From: Candidatus Versatilivorator sp.
Lineage (GTDB): Bacteria > Acidobacteriota > Terriglobia > Versatilivoradales > Versatilivoraceae
Reading direction: 5' to 3'
DNA: 64,000 nucleotides
Assembly: GCA_965207735.1 (NCBI GenBank)
Contig: OZ242296.1
Span: 3,360,001-3,424,000 of the forward strand
Program-made: the position numbers and the translations under genes
Notes under the pieces: generated by a model
The model's database searches: none
Told to the model about the DNA's origin: nothing
What the model saw: the letters and a program-made list of their open reading frames with translations, nothing else
Shown: positions 40,401 through 49,257 of the stretch, in pieces
How positions within the stretch are numbered: the first letter of the stretch is position 1
Layout: each line of letters begins with the position of its first letter

Positions 40401-40805
40401 AACGGGGTCGATCGAAGCCGATGCGGACTCGGGAAAGAATGCCCCCAACTTCACCCACCGGACCAAGTCCTCGATTTCCCGATCGTTCAGCCGGCCCGTG
40501 GGTGGCATCTTGAGCTCGGGGTCCTCGAAGGAGACGGCCCGGATCAGCAGGCTCTCCTCCGGCCTGCCTGGCGCAACGGCCGGTCCTCGGGTGCCGCCAG
40601 CCAGCATGGCCTCGGCCGAGTCCAGCCTCAACCCTCCCATGGGACTGGGAGATTCCCGGCTGTGACAGGCATGGCAGCGTTCGATCAGCAGCGGTCGGAT
40701 GCGCTTCTCGAAGAACTCGGCCTGGACGGGATCCGAGGCGCCCAGCCCCACCGGCGCCGAAAAGACGACCAGCCAGGCGGCGATACTGAGCCGTTGGAAA
40801 GACAT
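37422..40805 (-). CDS. Planctomycete-type cytochrome c / DUF1549 / DUF1553 (PSD1) protein
   Basis: FFEKRIRPLL..CHACH, YGERWGRHWLD, CARCHDHKFDPI, NPLTARVMVNRIW, TVPSQAL. Confidence 0.92.
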   Translation of the reverse strand: MSFQRLSIAAWLVVFSAPVGLGASDPVQAEFFEKRIRPLLIERCHACHSRESPSPMGGLRLDSAEAMLAGGTRGPAVAPGRPEESLLIRAVSFEDPELKMPPTGRLNDREIEDLVRWVKLGAFFPESASASIDPVGGIDWEAGRRFWSFRPIQDPPLPAVKDSRWVSSPVDNFVLSRLESKELKPAPPADKRSWLRRVTFGLTGLPPATGEVERFEADDSPESHLKVVERLLASPHYGERWGRHWLDLVSFAETDGHEFDRTKPDVWRYRDAVIRAFNQDVPYDRFVREHIAGDLLAEKRLGPDGIHWESPVGTSFFWLGERLNGAIDSVKARADEVDNQIDVLSKAFLGLTVACARCHDHKFDPIPTTDYYALAGVLHSTDFAQAVIDSASRRQEIASLRREIRDRTSGIRTLLQPVRWSMARQIEPYLLAAAELASPRASGGPFEVAELAGRRLLDAGLLQAWVETLRQACGEPEDLFYPVAALIDGLASRRFGSFAEGLEAVRGQLGKRDKPEAKAESDGPERVDVLFEDFGKPDYQGWTVQGQAFGTGPERGIPSNQALRSYQGQPLANSFGAGSNRFMGSLTSRKFTVPELPRDYREHGTYLHVRLAGSKPEESAVSRPFPPLSLSLIADGVRSSNFIPQGGRLQWKTSRMTIQVGRICHFEILDRSAAGHIVVDKIVFSNSKEPPLHLDAPHLEVLQRIVSGNPSSLGFLARTYRDLFLEALDAAGPLTPGHRWLLASLSPSGRLEDLGALLWKDGRETVARMQGQRQVLDDRVPPSLFAMCSQDRDPRNVRVHLSGDHKNLGPEVPRRFLQILAGKEQPPILKGSGRLQLADRLVDPRNPLTARVMVNRIWKHHFGQGLVRSVDNFGKQGDRPSHPELLDFLAHRFVREGWSVKAVQRLILLSSTYRMSGRQEARALSLDPDNRLLHHVSVRRLEAEAVRDSVLAVSGNLDRQLFGPSVPPHISPYQDGRGKPKSGPLDGNGRRSLYVQVRRNFLTPLFLAFDYPPPISTIGRRGVSTVPSQALMMLNNEFIAGEAQAWARRMVAEETVPGRRAERMVLEAYGRRPEPREVRDLLQFAASAGDRYRSLGDKEKNTESVEQRVWADLGHALMNSAEFIYLR

Positions 40806-40867
40806 GCCGAGGGTTCCCCGTGGGAAGAGGCGTCCGCGAGTCCGCGACTCTGCGGCGCCTCCTGCAT

Positions 40868-40952
40868 AGTCTATCCAAGCCCATGCAGGGGCTCAAGAGC
40901 GCTTTTCAGCAGCCACGGGCTGCTTGACTCGCCGAACGGCCCTTCCTAGAAT
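40868..40952. promoter_or_regulatory. Divergent sigma70 promoters (PSD1 operon on minus; SSS gene on plus)
   Basis: Minus TTGAGC-17-TAGACT (40896-40868); plus TTGACT-17-TAGAAT (40924-40952). Confidence 0.6.
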
Positions 40953-40997
40953 CCCGGAGCTGACGGCCTTGACGGAATTCGGATTGGAGTTGAACCC

Positions 40998-42521
40998 TTG
41001 GGATTCCTGCACCCCCTGGACTGGACCCTCTTTGGCGGCTACCTGGTGGCTGTGCTGGCCCTGGGCCTGTGGTTCGCCCGGGAGCAGCACTCCAACGAGG
41101 ACTTTTTCCTGGGGGGGCGGAAAATGTCCTGGATGCCGGTGGGCCTTTCCATGTTCGCCTCCATCTTCAGCTCCAATTCCTTCGTGGGCCTTCCCACCCA
41201 GGCGGCCTTCGGCAACTACCACATCTACTTCGCCATCATTACCATTCCGTTCCTGGTGGTGCCGGTGGTCGGCTGGGTCTTCGTGCCGCTGTTCCACCGC
41301 CTGGGGGTGACCAGCGCCTACGAATACCTGGAGCTGCGCTTCAACCGGCCCATCCGGCTGATCGGCAGTTCGCTGTTCATGATCTACACCTTCGCCTGGA
41401 TGGGGAACCTCCTCTACGCCGTCAGCCACGTCATCGAACCGGTGCTGGGTCTGAGCACGGACGACCTGGCCACCACGGCCTGGCTGCTGGTGGGCATCGG
41501 CGCCTTCGCCACCCTGTACACGGCCCTGGGAGGGTTCAAGGCCGTGATCTGGACCGACATCTTCCAAGCCGTCGCCCTCGGAGGCGGGATGCTGGCCGTG
41601 CTGTGGCTGGCGCTGGGCCGGATCGAGGGAGGCTGGGATGGAATGATCGCGGTGGGGCAGGCTCAGGGCAAGTTCGAGATGTTCGACCTTCGCTTCGACA
41701 TGTCCCCGGGCGTGGACAATGTCTATTCCTCGCTGGCCATCGGCCTGTTCGCTTTCTTCCCCTGGTACGCGGTGACGCTGACGGCGGTGCAGCGCTACGT
41801 GTCCATGCCCACGCCGCGCGCGGCCCAGCGCTCCCTGATCGTCAACGGGGTGATGTCGGGAGCCGTGTGCCTGATCTTCTTCCTGGTGGGCTCCACTCTC
41901 TATGCCTTCTACCACCAGGACGTCCCGGGGGCCGCCACAGCCGCCGCGGGTTTTCCCCCGCTCCATCAAAATCAGATCCTGCCCAACTTCGTGCTGACCG
42001 AGATCGCCCAGGTGGGCCTGCTGGGGCTGTTGTTGTCGGGACTGTTCGCGGCTGCCATGAGCAGCATCGACAGCGGCATCAACGCCCTGACCGCCACCGT
42101 GGTCTGCGACTGGATGTCCAACCGCCAACTCGAGGTGGGGTTCAGCCGGCTGCTCTGCGGTGTCTTCGGCGCCGGCGGCATCCTGGCAGCGGTGTTGATC
42201 CTCTACTTGCAGTCGGAGGTCTACCAGCTCATCATCAGCCTGTCGGGAACCTTTCTGGGCCTGCTGCTGGGCATCTTCCTGCTGGGAATGCTGTCCAAGC
42301 GGGCCAATGGGTCGGGCGTGCTGATCGGCCTGGCGGCGGGTTCCCTGACCCTGGCCCTGACCTGGACCCACGTCGGCGGCCAATGGTACGGCGCCTTCAC
42401 CTGCCTGCCCACGGTGGCGGTGGGCTGGCTGGCCAGCCGTTATTTCGAGGCCCCACCCGCCTCCAAGTTGAAGGGGCTGGTGTTGGGCCAGCGCCTGCAG
42501 AGGGAAGACCCTCTGGGGTAA
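40998..42521 (+). CDS. Sodium:solute symporter
   Basis: EDFFLGGR, SAYEYLELRF, YTALGGFKAVIWTD, VQRY, AAAMSSIDSGIN. Confidence 0.9.
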   Translation: MGFLHPLDWTLFGGYLVAVLALGLWFAREQHSNEDFFLGGRKMSWMPVGLSMFASIFSSNSFVGLPTQAAFGNYHIYFAIITIPFLVVPVVGWVFVPLFHRLGVTSAYEYLELRFNRPIRLIGSSLFMIYTFAWMGNLLYAVSHVIEPVLGLSTDDLATTAWLLVGIGAFATLYTALGGFKAVIWTDIFQAVALGGGMLAVLWLALGRIEGGWDGMIAVGQAQGKFEMFDLRFDMSPGVDNVYSSLAIGLFAFFPWYAVTLTAVQRYVSMPTPRAAQRSLIVNGVMSGAVCLIFFLVGSTLYAFYHQDVPGAATAAAGFPPLHQNQILPNFVLTEIAQVGLLGLLLSGLFAAAMSSIDSGINALTATVVCDWMSNRQLEVGFSRLLCGVFGAGGILAAVLILYLQSEVYQLIISLSGTFLGLLLGIFLLGMLSKRANGSGVLIGLAAGSLTLALTWTHVGGQWYGAFTCLPTVAVGWLASRYFEAPPASKLKGLVLGQRLQREDPLG

Positions 42522-42880
42522 TCGTCAGGGGCGGGACTGGCTTGTCATTTCCCAACCGGCTGCCGTGGGCAAACACGGTGGTGAAACCCAGACGTATCCC
42601 CTCGTAGAGCATCACTTCCATGTTGTAGAATTGACGATATCTCCCGTCTGCCTCTTCAGTCCGGAGAAGGGGGCGGGGCGGCGTCCAGTTGACGAAATCG
42701 CGGCTCTCCGCCTGAGCCGGAGTCTTATGCCTGGACTTGCCTGAGCGAGTCCGCTGCCGCAGGATGGCCACGTACCGGCTCAGCCCCGGATCCCAATAAG
42801 CCGCCATGTGACTGTCGGCAAAGTGTCCGTCCGGGAATTGGCTGATCACGGGCGCCCCAACCTTGCGGGGAGACAGCCAT
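42521..42880 (-). pseudogene. Fragment of a beta-propeller glycoside hydrolase-like gene
   Basis: AYWDPGLSRYVAILR..AESRDFVNWTPPRPLL..QFYNMEVMLYEGIRLGF resembles 5-bladed propeller hydrolases; truncated at both ends. Confidence 0.55.
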
Positions 42881-43237
42881 AGTCTATCCGGTCATTCCCA
42901 GCCCAGGCGTCGTTCATTAACGAGGATGGTAGCAACCTCTCGGCCCAGAAACCTAAGGCCTGGATTGATTTGAACGGAGGCAGGGGACTCTCTTGAATAA
43001 CGAGAAGCATCGGATTCGGCAACTCTGGAAACCCGTGGCGATGGCTGGCTACGTAAACCCCGACTATCGGGCGACTTCCGCTCGCCCGGATTTCTCAAAG
43101 GGTCCTCGAGATTGAATCGAAAGGGCAAGCCGTCCGAAGAACTTTGCAGCCCAGCCAAGGCTCGAATATGATCTCCGTGCCGGAAGGACCCAAAGGGCAG
43201 TCCTGGCCACGGCAAAGCACCGGTGGGTGAATACAAC

Positions 43238-43528
43238 ATGAACAGAGATGAAGTCCTGAAGGTGCTCCGAGCGCACAAGGCGACCCTTTCGCAACGATTT
43301 GGGGTCACCGATCTCGTCCTCTTCGGATCCGTGGCTCGCGACCAGGCATCGGAAGGCAGCGACATCGACATCCTGGTTCGTTTCGACGGACCGACAACCT
43401 CCAAAGGCTACTTCGGCGCCCAATTCTACCTGGAAGACCTGCTGGGATGTCCCGTCGATCTGGTAACTGACAAGGCGCTGCGGGCGGAACTTCGCCCTTA
43501 TGTCGAGCGGGAGGCCGTCCATGTCTAG
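43238..43528 (+). CDS. mntA: Minimal nucleotidyltransferase antitoxin (MNT)
   Basis: GS-X10-DXD (FGSVARDQASEGSDIDI), VDLVT; overlaps the HEPN gene. Confidence 0.88.
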   Translation: MNRDEVLKVLRAHKATLSQRFGVTDLVLFGSVARDQASEGSDIDILVRFDGPTTSKGYFGAQFYLEDLLGCPVDLVTDKALRAELRPYVEREAVHV

Positions 43529-43883
43529 CGCCGGTGAAGGATCACGGGAGTGGCGTTTCTATGTGGCCGACATGATCGAATTCGCTGAGAAGGTCCGCAC
43601 TTATACCTCCGGAATGGATCAAGCCACTTTCATCGACGACGCGGTCACCTATGATGCTACCCTGCGCAACCTGGAATTGATCGGCGAGGCAGCTACCCAC
43701 ATTCCCATGGCTATCCGCGACGAGCATCCAGACGTCCCTTGGCGGGCGATCATTGCAGCGCGAAACCGCTTGGCGCACAGTTATCTGAGCGTGGATGATG
43801 ACCTCATCTGGAACATCATCCAGGACGACGTTCCGAAATTGCTGCCGGCGTTGCGCGGCCTGTTGGATACAAGCAAGCCCTGA
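43521..43883 (+). CDS. hepT: HEPN (DUF86) RNase toxin
   Basis: RNLELIGEAA, PDVPWR, RX4HXY motif RNRLAHSY. Confidence 0.88.
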   Translation: MSSAGEGSREWRFYVADMIEFAEKVRTYTSGMDQATFIDDAVTYDATLRNLELIGEAATHIPMAIRDEHPDVPWRAIIAARNRLAHSYLSVDDDLIWNIIQDDVPKLLPALRGLLDTSKP

Positions 43884-43982
43884 CCAACGCCGGGCCGACG
43901 GACAGGAATGGCCAGGAGCCGCCACCCCGAAGTGACGGTAACGGCTCGGGAGACCTAAATGAATACTGTAAAAGGAGGCGAC

Positions 43983-44267
43983 ATGATTCGACCCACTGAA
44001 GTCGAACCGCGAGAGGGGTACCGGATATGGCTCCAGTACTCGGACGGCGCTGCCGGGGAAATTGCCCTGTCTTGTCTCGCAGGGCGTGGCGTGTTCAAAG
44101 CCTGGAACAACCGTGCTTATTTCGAGACGGTGCATATCGCTCCGGCTGGAGGGATCGCCTGGGGAGAAGAGGTCGAACTTTGCCCGGATGCGCTCTACCT
44201 GCAGCTCACCGGCAAGTCTATCGCTGAAGTGATGCCGGGTGCACAGCTTCTGGTTGAAAATGCCTGA
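43983..44267 (+). CDS. DUF2442 domain protein (putative antitoxin)
   Basis: VEPREGYRIWLQYSDG..GVF..IAWGEEVELCPDALY; RBS AAAGGAGG. Confidence 0.8.
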   Translation: MIRPTEVEPREGYRIWLQYSDGAAGEIALSCLAGRGVFKAWNNRAYFETVHIAPAGGIAWGEEVELCPDALYLQLTGKSIAEVMPGAQLLVENA

Positions 44268-44545
44268 ACTCTGCCGGTTCTATCGAAAGACAGCGACATC
44301 GACATCCTGGTTCGTTTCGACGGACCGGCGGACTGGAAACGATACTTCGGGGCCCAGTTCTACCTGGAGGACCTGCTGGGACGCTCCGTCGATCTGGTGA
44401 CTCAGAAGGCGTTGCGGGCGGAACTGCGTCCGTACGTTGAGCGGGAGGCCGTCGATGTCTAGCACCGGCGAGGGGTCACGGGATTGGCGCTTCTATGTGA
44501 CCGATATGATCGAATTCGCTGACAAGGTTCGAGCCTATACGTCGA
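44260..44545 (+). pseudogene. Chimeric remnant: DUF4160-like start (MPELCRFY) joined to 3' half of a second mntA and 5' end of a second hepT
   Basis: 44283-44543 is a diverged copy of about 43349-43609; the hepT copy breaks after AYTS. Confidence 0.8.
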
Positions 44546-44815
44546 AAACGGAGCGGGGGACGTTGTTGAATTACGAGAATAACTGGGTGTCGCCATTCAT
44601 TCCGAAGGCAATCAGAGGCATTCAGGGATAGCGGATAGGGACGACCCACGCGCCGCCCTTGCTCGGAAGCCCGTCAAAGTTATTCCAGTAATTCAACAAC
44701 GTCCACAACTGTTTCCCTAATTCCATATTCGGCGATCCGAGTACGGGAACCGAAACTCGAGCGCCTGATACCGGCGTAATGGCAATCGGTTTCCCGAAAC
44801 ACAAGGTTCTGCCAC

Positions 44816-45889
44816 ATGACCACGTCTCAAGACAAACCAGCTCAGCGTCACTTCGTGCACAAGGAAATCGACTGGAAGCGCGTTGAGCGTTGTCTTGAGC
44901 GCTACCCGTCGATTGGACGTGTATTTCCACTGAATACACTGAAGCAGCACTGTGAGAGTCCGCCTTACTATTGCCACTACATGTCTTGGCGTCTTGGCGC
45001 CTGGCCGGATGAGTCTCTATTGCAGCGTATAGAAGAATTGCTTTGTTGCGCCGAGGCACTTCCTCATTGGGAGAACGAACGATCATTACTCCGTTCAGCA
45101 GAATTTGGCGATTTTTGGTCGCTAGTCTGGCAGCTACAAGTCGCCGAACATCTCTGTGAGGTTGGAACTGATGTGAGTTGGGCCAAGTCCGGTCCAGACT
45201 TGTCGGTAAAGATAAGTGGCGAACGCTGGTTCGTAGAATGTTACACCTACCACAAGTCGTTCGACTTGCTGTTGTTCCTTAATGAGCTTCTAGGAAAACT
45301 CGATCAGGCTGTTTGTACCAGCTACGACGTATGCTCGCCATTTCGACTGCCCCAAAATTCAGATCGGACAGCTTTTCTTCACCAAGTTCTGTCCCCTTTC
45401 CTTGATCCTGCCTTTGTCGAAAATGCCAAAGAGAAAGCAAAGCGGAAGTATCCGGAGGTTCTCCACAAGCATCCGAGCAGTTCGCTTTACGTGTATGTCG
45501 ACGGTGATGACGTAGATACTTACGAACCAGGTATTGTTCCTAACAATGTCGGCAATCCCGCACGCTATCTTCAGGTGGCATTAGGAGAGGCAGTAAGCGC
45601 AAAGCGCTGCTCGAATGACCTGAAGAACCATCATCCAAATATTGTTGCGGTTAACTATTTGCTCAGCACAGACTACCAAGTGGCAAAGAGTTTACCGGAG
45701 AGAGTGCACTCTCTGACCCTTCCCGAAATTGAACCCAATATCGATGTGCTGGCGGCTTCCGCGATTGGAATCGATGAGCGAATGGCCAGAGAAAAGCTTG
45801 AAGTAATAAGAGCGATCAGATCTCAGGTGAATTGCAATCACTTGAGCCAAATCGCAGATCTATCAAGCTCGGGAACTCAGTCCTGGTAG
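44816..45889 (+). CDS. Hypothetical protein, possible restriction-endonuclease-like (PD-(D/E)XK) fold
   Basis: 357-aa ORF, visibly lower GC than flanks; helix LQVAEHL followed by GPDLSV...WFVECY. Confidence 0.65.
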   Translation: MTTSQDKPAQRHFVHKEIDWKRVERCLERYPSIGRVFPLNTLKQHCESPPYYCHYMSWRLGAWPDESLLQRIEELLCCAEALPHWENERSLLRSAEFGDFWSLVWQLQVAEHLCEVGTDVSWAKSGPDLSVKISGERWFVECYTYHKSFDLLLFLNELLGKLDQAVCTSYDVCSPFRLPQNSDRTAFLHQVLSPFLDPAFVENAKEKAKRKYPEVLHKHPSSSLYVYVDGDDVDTYEPGIVPNNVGNPARYLQVALGEAVSAKRCSNDLKNHHPNIVAVNYLLSTDYQVAKSLPERVHSLTLPEIEPNIDVLAASAIGIDERMAREKLEVIRAIRSQVNCNHLSQIADLSSSGTQSW

Positions 45890-45916
45890 AGAAGATATTC
45901 CCAAGGAGGCAGACTC

Positions 45917-46900
45917 GTGCGCAAGATCTATTTCGATGAAGACGTCGACCTGGCCCCACTGAAAGACCGCCTCATCGGCGTGATCGGATACGGCAACCAG
46001 GGAAGCGCCCAGGCCCGCAACCTGCGGGACAGCGGGCTGGAAGTGATCGTGGGCAACCGCCGGGACGCCTACTACCAGGAAGCCCAGCGAGACGGGTTTC
46101 CGGTTTTTTCGATCGCTCAGGCGACCTCCAGGGCCGACCTGGTCCTGGTGGGCATTCCGGACGAAATCCAGCAGCAGGTCTACGAGCGGCACATGCAAAA
46201 GCACATCCGCGGCGGGCAAGTGCTGGATTTCGCCAGCAGTTACGGCTACCGCTTCAAGTGCATCCAGCCTCCCCCCGACGTCGACGTGGTGATGATGTCC
46301 CCCCGTGCAATGGGTGTCACCGTGCGTGAGCTGTTCGTGGAAGGAAAGGGCGTCCCGGCCTTCGTGGCCGTGGGCCACGACGCCTCCGGCCAGGCCCGCC
46401 AAATCGCGCTGGCGCTGGCCAAGGGGGTGGGGTGCACCCGCGCCGGGGTTCTGGAGTGCACCTTCCAGGACGAGGCCGACGTGAACCTCTTCGGCGAGCA
46501 GGCTCTGTGGCCGCTCTTCAATCAGGCCCTGCTGCTCTCCTACGAGGTGCTGGTGGAGGCGGGAGTGCCCCCCGAGCTGGTTGCCCTGGAGTTTTACGCC
46601 TCCGGAGAGGCCGGCGAGATTTTCCACAAGATGGCGGTCGAGGGAATGTTCGAGCAGACCCGCTATCACTCCCCTACCTCCCAATACGGAACGCTGACCC
46701 GGCACGAACAGCTCCCCGCCGAAGAAGTCAAGCAGCGCATGAAGGACATCCTGAGGGACATCCGCAACGGGCGTTTCGCCGAAGAGTGGGCCCGCGAGCA
46801 GGCCGATGGCTACCCCAATCTCAAGAGGCTGCGGCGGCAAGCGTTCCGTCATCCCCTGAATCGGATCGAGAAGAACATCCGGCCCTTGACGCCGCGCTGA
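45917..46900 (+). CDS. ilvC: Ketol-acid reductoisomerase-like protein (divergent active site)
   Basis: VIGYGNQG..NLRDSG, LFGEQ, SPTSQYG, IRNGRFAEEW; RBS AAGGAGG before GTG. Confidence 0.8.
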   Translation: MRKIYFDEDVDLAPLKDRLIGVIGYGNQGSAQARNLRDSGLEVIVGNRRDAYYQEAQRDGFPVFSIAQATSRADLVLVGIPDEIQQQVYERHMQKHIRGGQVLDFASSYGYRFKCIQPPPDVDVVMMSPRAMGVTVRELFVEGKGVPAFVAVGHDASGQARQIALALAKGVGCTRAGVLECTFQDEADVNLFGEQALWPLFNQALLLSYEVLVEAGVPPELVALEFYASGEAGEIFHKMAVEGMFEQTRYHSPTSQYGTLTRHEQLPAEEVKQRMKDILRDIRNGRFAEEWAREQADGYPNLKRLRRQAFRHPLNRIEKNIRPLTPR

Positions 46901-47020
46901 CGCCCGCAGTTCTTGCTGGGGGCTGCACTCTCCTGAAGAGGGGAAGGTTGTGCGTGGTTCGGGCTCCGACGGCCGCACGAGGTCTCATTGACCCATCCCC
47001 ATCCTCCCCGACGTTCCTTA

Positions 47021-48001
47021 ATGTCAGGATCCGGCGGCAAAAGGTTGCGCGCCTTGCTGATGCTGCTGGGCCTGGGCCTGGCGGCCTACCTGGTCTATCG
47101 GCTCGGCCCCGGCCGCATTCTCTCCCTGCTGCTCCGGATCGGCTGGCACCTGGCGCCCCTGGCGGGCATTCACGCTCTTTACCAGGCCGTGCGCGCCGCC
47201 GCGCTCTCCCGCTGCCTGCTCGGCATCCAGGTTTCTTATCTGGACGTCCTGTGGATTCGAATCTCCGGCGAAGCCGTGCGGGTCCTGACCTCCACCGGGC
47301 CTTTGCTGGCGGAACCCGCCAAGGCCTGGCTGCTCAAGCGGCGGGGCTTGGCTCTCCACCAGGCCTTCGCCTCCACCCTGTCCGAGATCCTCTTCTACAA
47401 CCTCAGCGCGGTGGCCATTGCCGCGGGAGGTCTTGCCGTCCTGGCTCTCCAGTTCCCCCTGGAACCCTCGCTGCGGGCGTCGGTCTGGGGCGGCGTGCTC
47501 CTCCTGGGCGGCATCTTGCTGGTGGCCGTGGTTGCCTTTGCCCGCCGGTCCTATCTCTTTCATTCCATTCTCAAACGGCTCAGCCGGCGACCCTGGTTCT
47601 CCGGCCGGGTGACGCCCCATCTGGAACGGGTGAGACAGATGGAAGAGGTCCTCTTCAGGGTGGTCTACGACCGGCCGGCCCGGTTCCTGATGGTTGTCGC
47701 GCTGGAGGCAGCGGCCCACCTGCTGCTGATACTGGAGGTGTACTGGGTGCTGGCGGTGCTGGGGGATCCGCCGCCGCTGCTCCATCCCCTGTTGATTGAA
47801 ACCGCCAGCAAGTTCATCAGCCTCCTCTTTCTGTTTGTTCCCCTGCAGTTGGGGGTGGCGGAGGGAGCCTACGCCTTTGTGCTTGTCCTGCTGGGTCTTC
47901 CGGCCGCCGTCGGCGTAACCCTCTCACTGGTCCGCCGCCTGCGCAGTCTGCTGGTGACCGGAGTCGGCCTGCTCTGCTGGTGGGCCCTGAGCCGCCGGTA
48001 G
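47021..48001 (+). CDS. Lysylphosphatidylglycerol synthase TM / flippase-like (UPF0104) membrane protein
   Basis: Multi-TM; GEAV..AEPAKAWLL and FVPLQLGVAEG..SLVRRLR. Confidence 0.75.
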   Translation: MSGSGGKRLRALLMLLGLGLAAYLVYRLGPGRILSLLLRIGWHLAPLAGIHALYQAVRAAALSRCLLGIQVSYLDVLWIRISGEAVRVLTSTGPLLAEPAKAWLLKRRGLALHQAFASTLSEILFYNLSAVAIAAGGLAVLALQFPLEPSLRASVWGGVLLLGGILLVAVVAFARRSYLFHSILKRLSRRPWFSGRVTPHLERVRQMEEVLFRVVYDRPARFLMVVALEAAAHLLLILEVYWVLAVLGDPPPLLHPLLIETASKFISLLFLFVPLQLGVAEGAYAFVLVLLGLPAAVGVTLSLVRRLRSLLVTGVGLLCWWALSRR

Positions 48002-48162
48002 TGTGCTTTGCAAACAAACTGGACAAGAATTGCCAAGCAGCAGAGCGCATTCAGCCGGGGATGACGTAGAATCTGGGCGCGACGGGGCGCCCGGCCGGAG
48101 GATTGCCCCGGTCCACCCGCATTCCGGCGTTCGCACCTGCCCAAAGAGGAGAACCGTCATCC

Positions 48163-49119
48163 ATGGATTTCGATAAGGCCCGGCAACGTTTGTGCGGCTG
48201 TTACGTCACCGTCCCCACGCTGTTCCACGACGACGCCGAGCTGTCGTTGAATCTGGCAGGAATCCGGCAGCACGTGGACTTCCTCCTCGACGGTGGTCTC
48301 AAGAGCGGCAACGCCGTCTTCCTGGCCGGGGGCGCCGCTGGCGATTTTTCGACCCTGACCTTTGAGGAGCGGGTGGCCGTGGCCAAGACCGTGGTCGAGG
48401 CGGTGGAAGGACGAGCCCCGGTGGCCATGGGTGCCCAGACCACCAGCACCGCCGAACTGCGCCGCCTCGCCAGGGCCGCCCGAGACCTCGGCGCAGACTA
48501 CATCCAGGTCTCCTGCCCCTTTTACTTTCAACATTCCGAAGAGGACTTCTACGAATACGTGGTAGCGGCCACCGAAGCCAGCGACGTTGGAATCATCGTC
48601 TACAACACCTTCTGGACCAGCACCGGCGTCTCTCTGGACCTGGTCGGCAGGCTGGCCGAAATACCCAACGTGGTGGGACTCAAGTGGGCCACTCCCCACC
48701 CCAGCTGGATGACCTTCGAGCAGGTGGTGCAAGTCTACGGCCGGCGGTTTTCGGTGATCGACAACCAGATGCACTTCGTGGCCAGCCACATACTGGGGGC
48801 CCGGGGCTTCGAGGTCCACGTCTGCAACTACTGGCCGGAGTGGGGCGCCCAATTGATCGATCAACTGAATCGGAAGGACTACCCTCAGGTTCAAGCCATG
48901 TTGACCCAGGCGGCCCAACCCTTCGTGAAGCTGTGGTCGCAGATCGAGCAGGAGTACACCTCGGGCGACGGCTATCTGGACAAGCTGTGCATGGAGCTGG
49001 TGGGCCTGCCTTCCAGCCGCTGCCGACCTCCCACTCGGGACGTCCGAGCGCGCTACCGGGAGGAGGCGCGTCGCATGCTCCTTCAGGTCGGAGTGCCCAG
49101 GGTCCGGACGACAGCCTGA
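48163..49119 (+). CDS. Dihydrodipicolinate synthase-family aldolase/lyase
   Basis: TVPTLF, GAAGDFSTLTFEER, IIVYN, Schiff-base Lys in VVGLKW. Confidence 0.85.
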   Translation: MDFDKARQRLCGCYVTVPTLFHDDAELSLNLAGIRQHVDFLLDGGLKSGNAVFLAGGAAGDFSTLTFEERVAVAKTVVEAVEGRAPVAMGAQTTSTAELRRLARAARDLGADYIQVSCPFYFQHSEEDFYEYVVAATEASDVGIIVYNTFWTSTGVSLDLVGRLAEIPNVVGLKWATPHPSWMTFEQVVQVYGRRFSVIDNQMHFVASHILGARGFEVHVCNYWPEWGAQLIDQLNRKDYPQVQAMLTQAAQPFVKLWSQIEQEYTSGDGYLDKLCMELVGLPSSRCRPPTRDVRARYREEARRMLLQVGVPRVRTTA

Positions 49120-49257
49120 AGGCCGCCGGGCATAGTTCCGAGAAGAGAGACCGTCCTGCAGCTTCGTTTGCGGAAGCCATTCAGGAACAGAACCTGCTAG
49201 GATTGGGCCGGACCGCCGGTCCGAGCCAAAGATCCGCACGCACAAGGAGATGAAACC

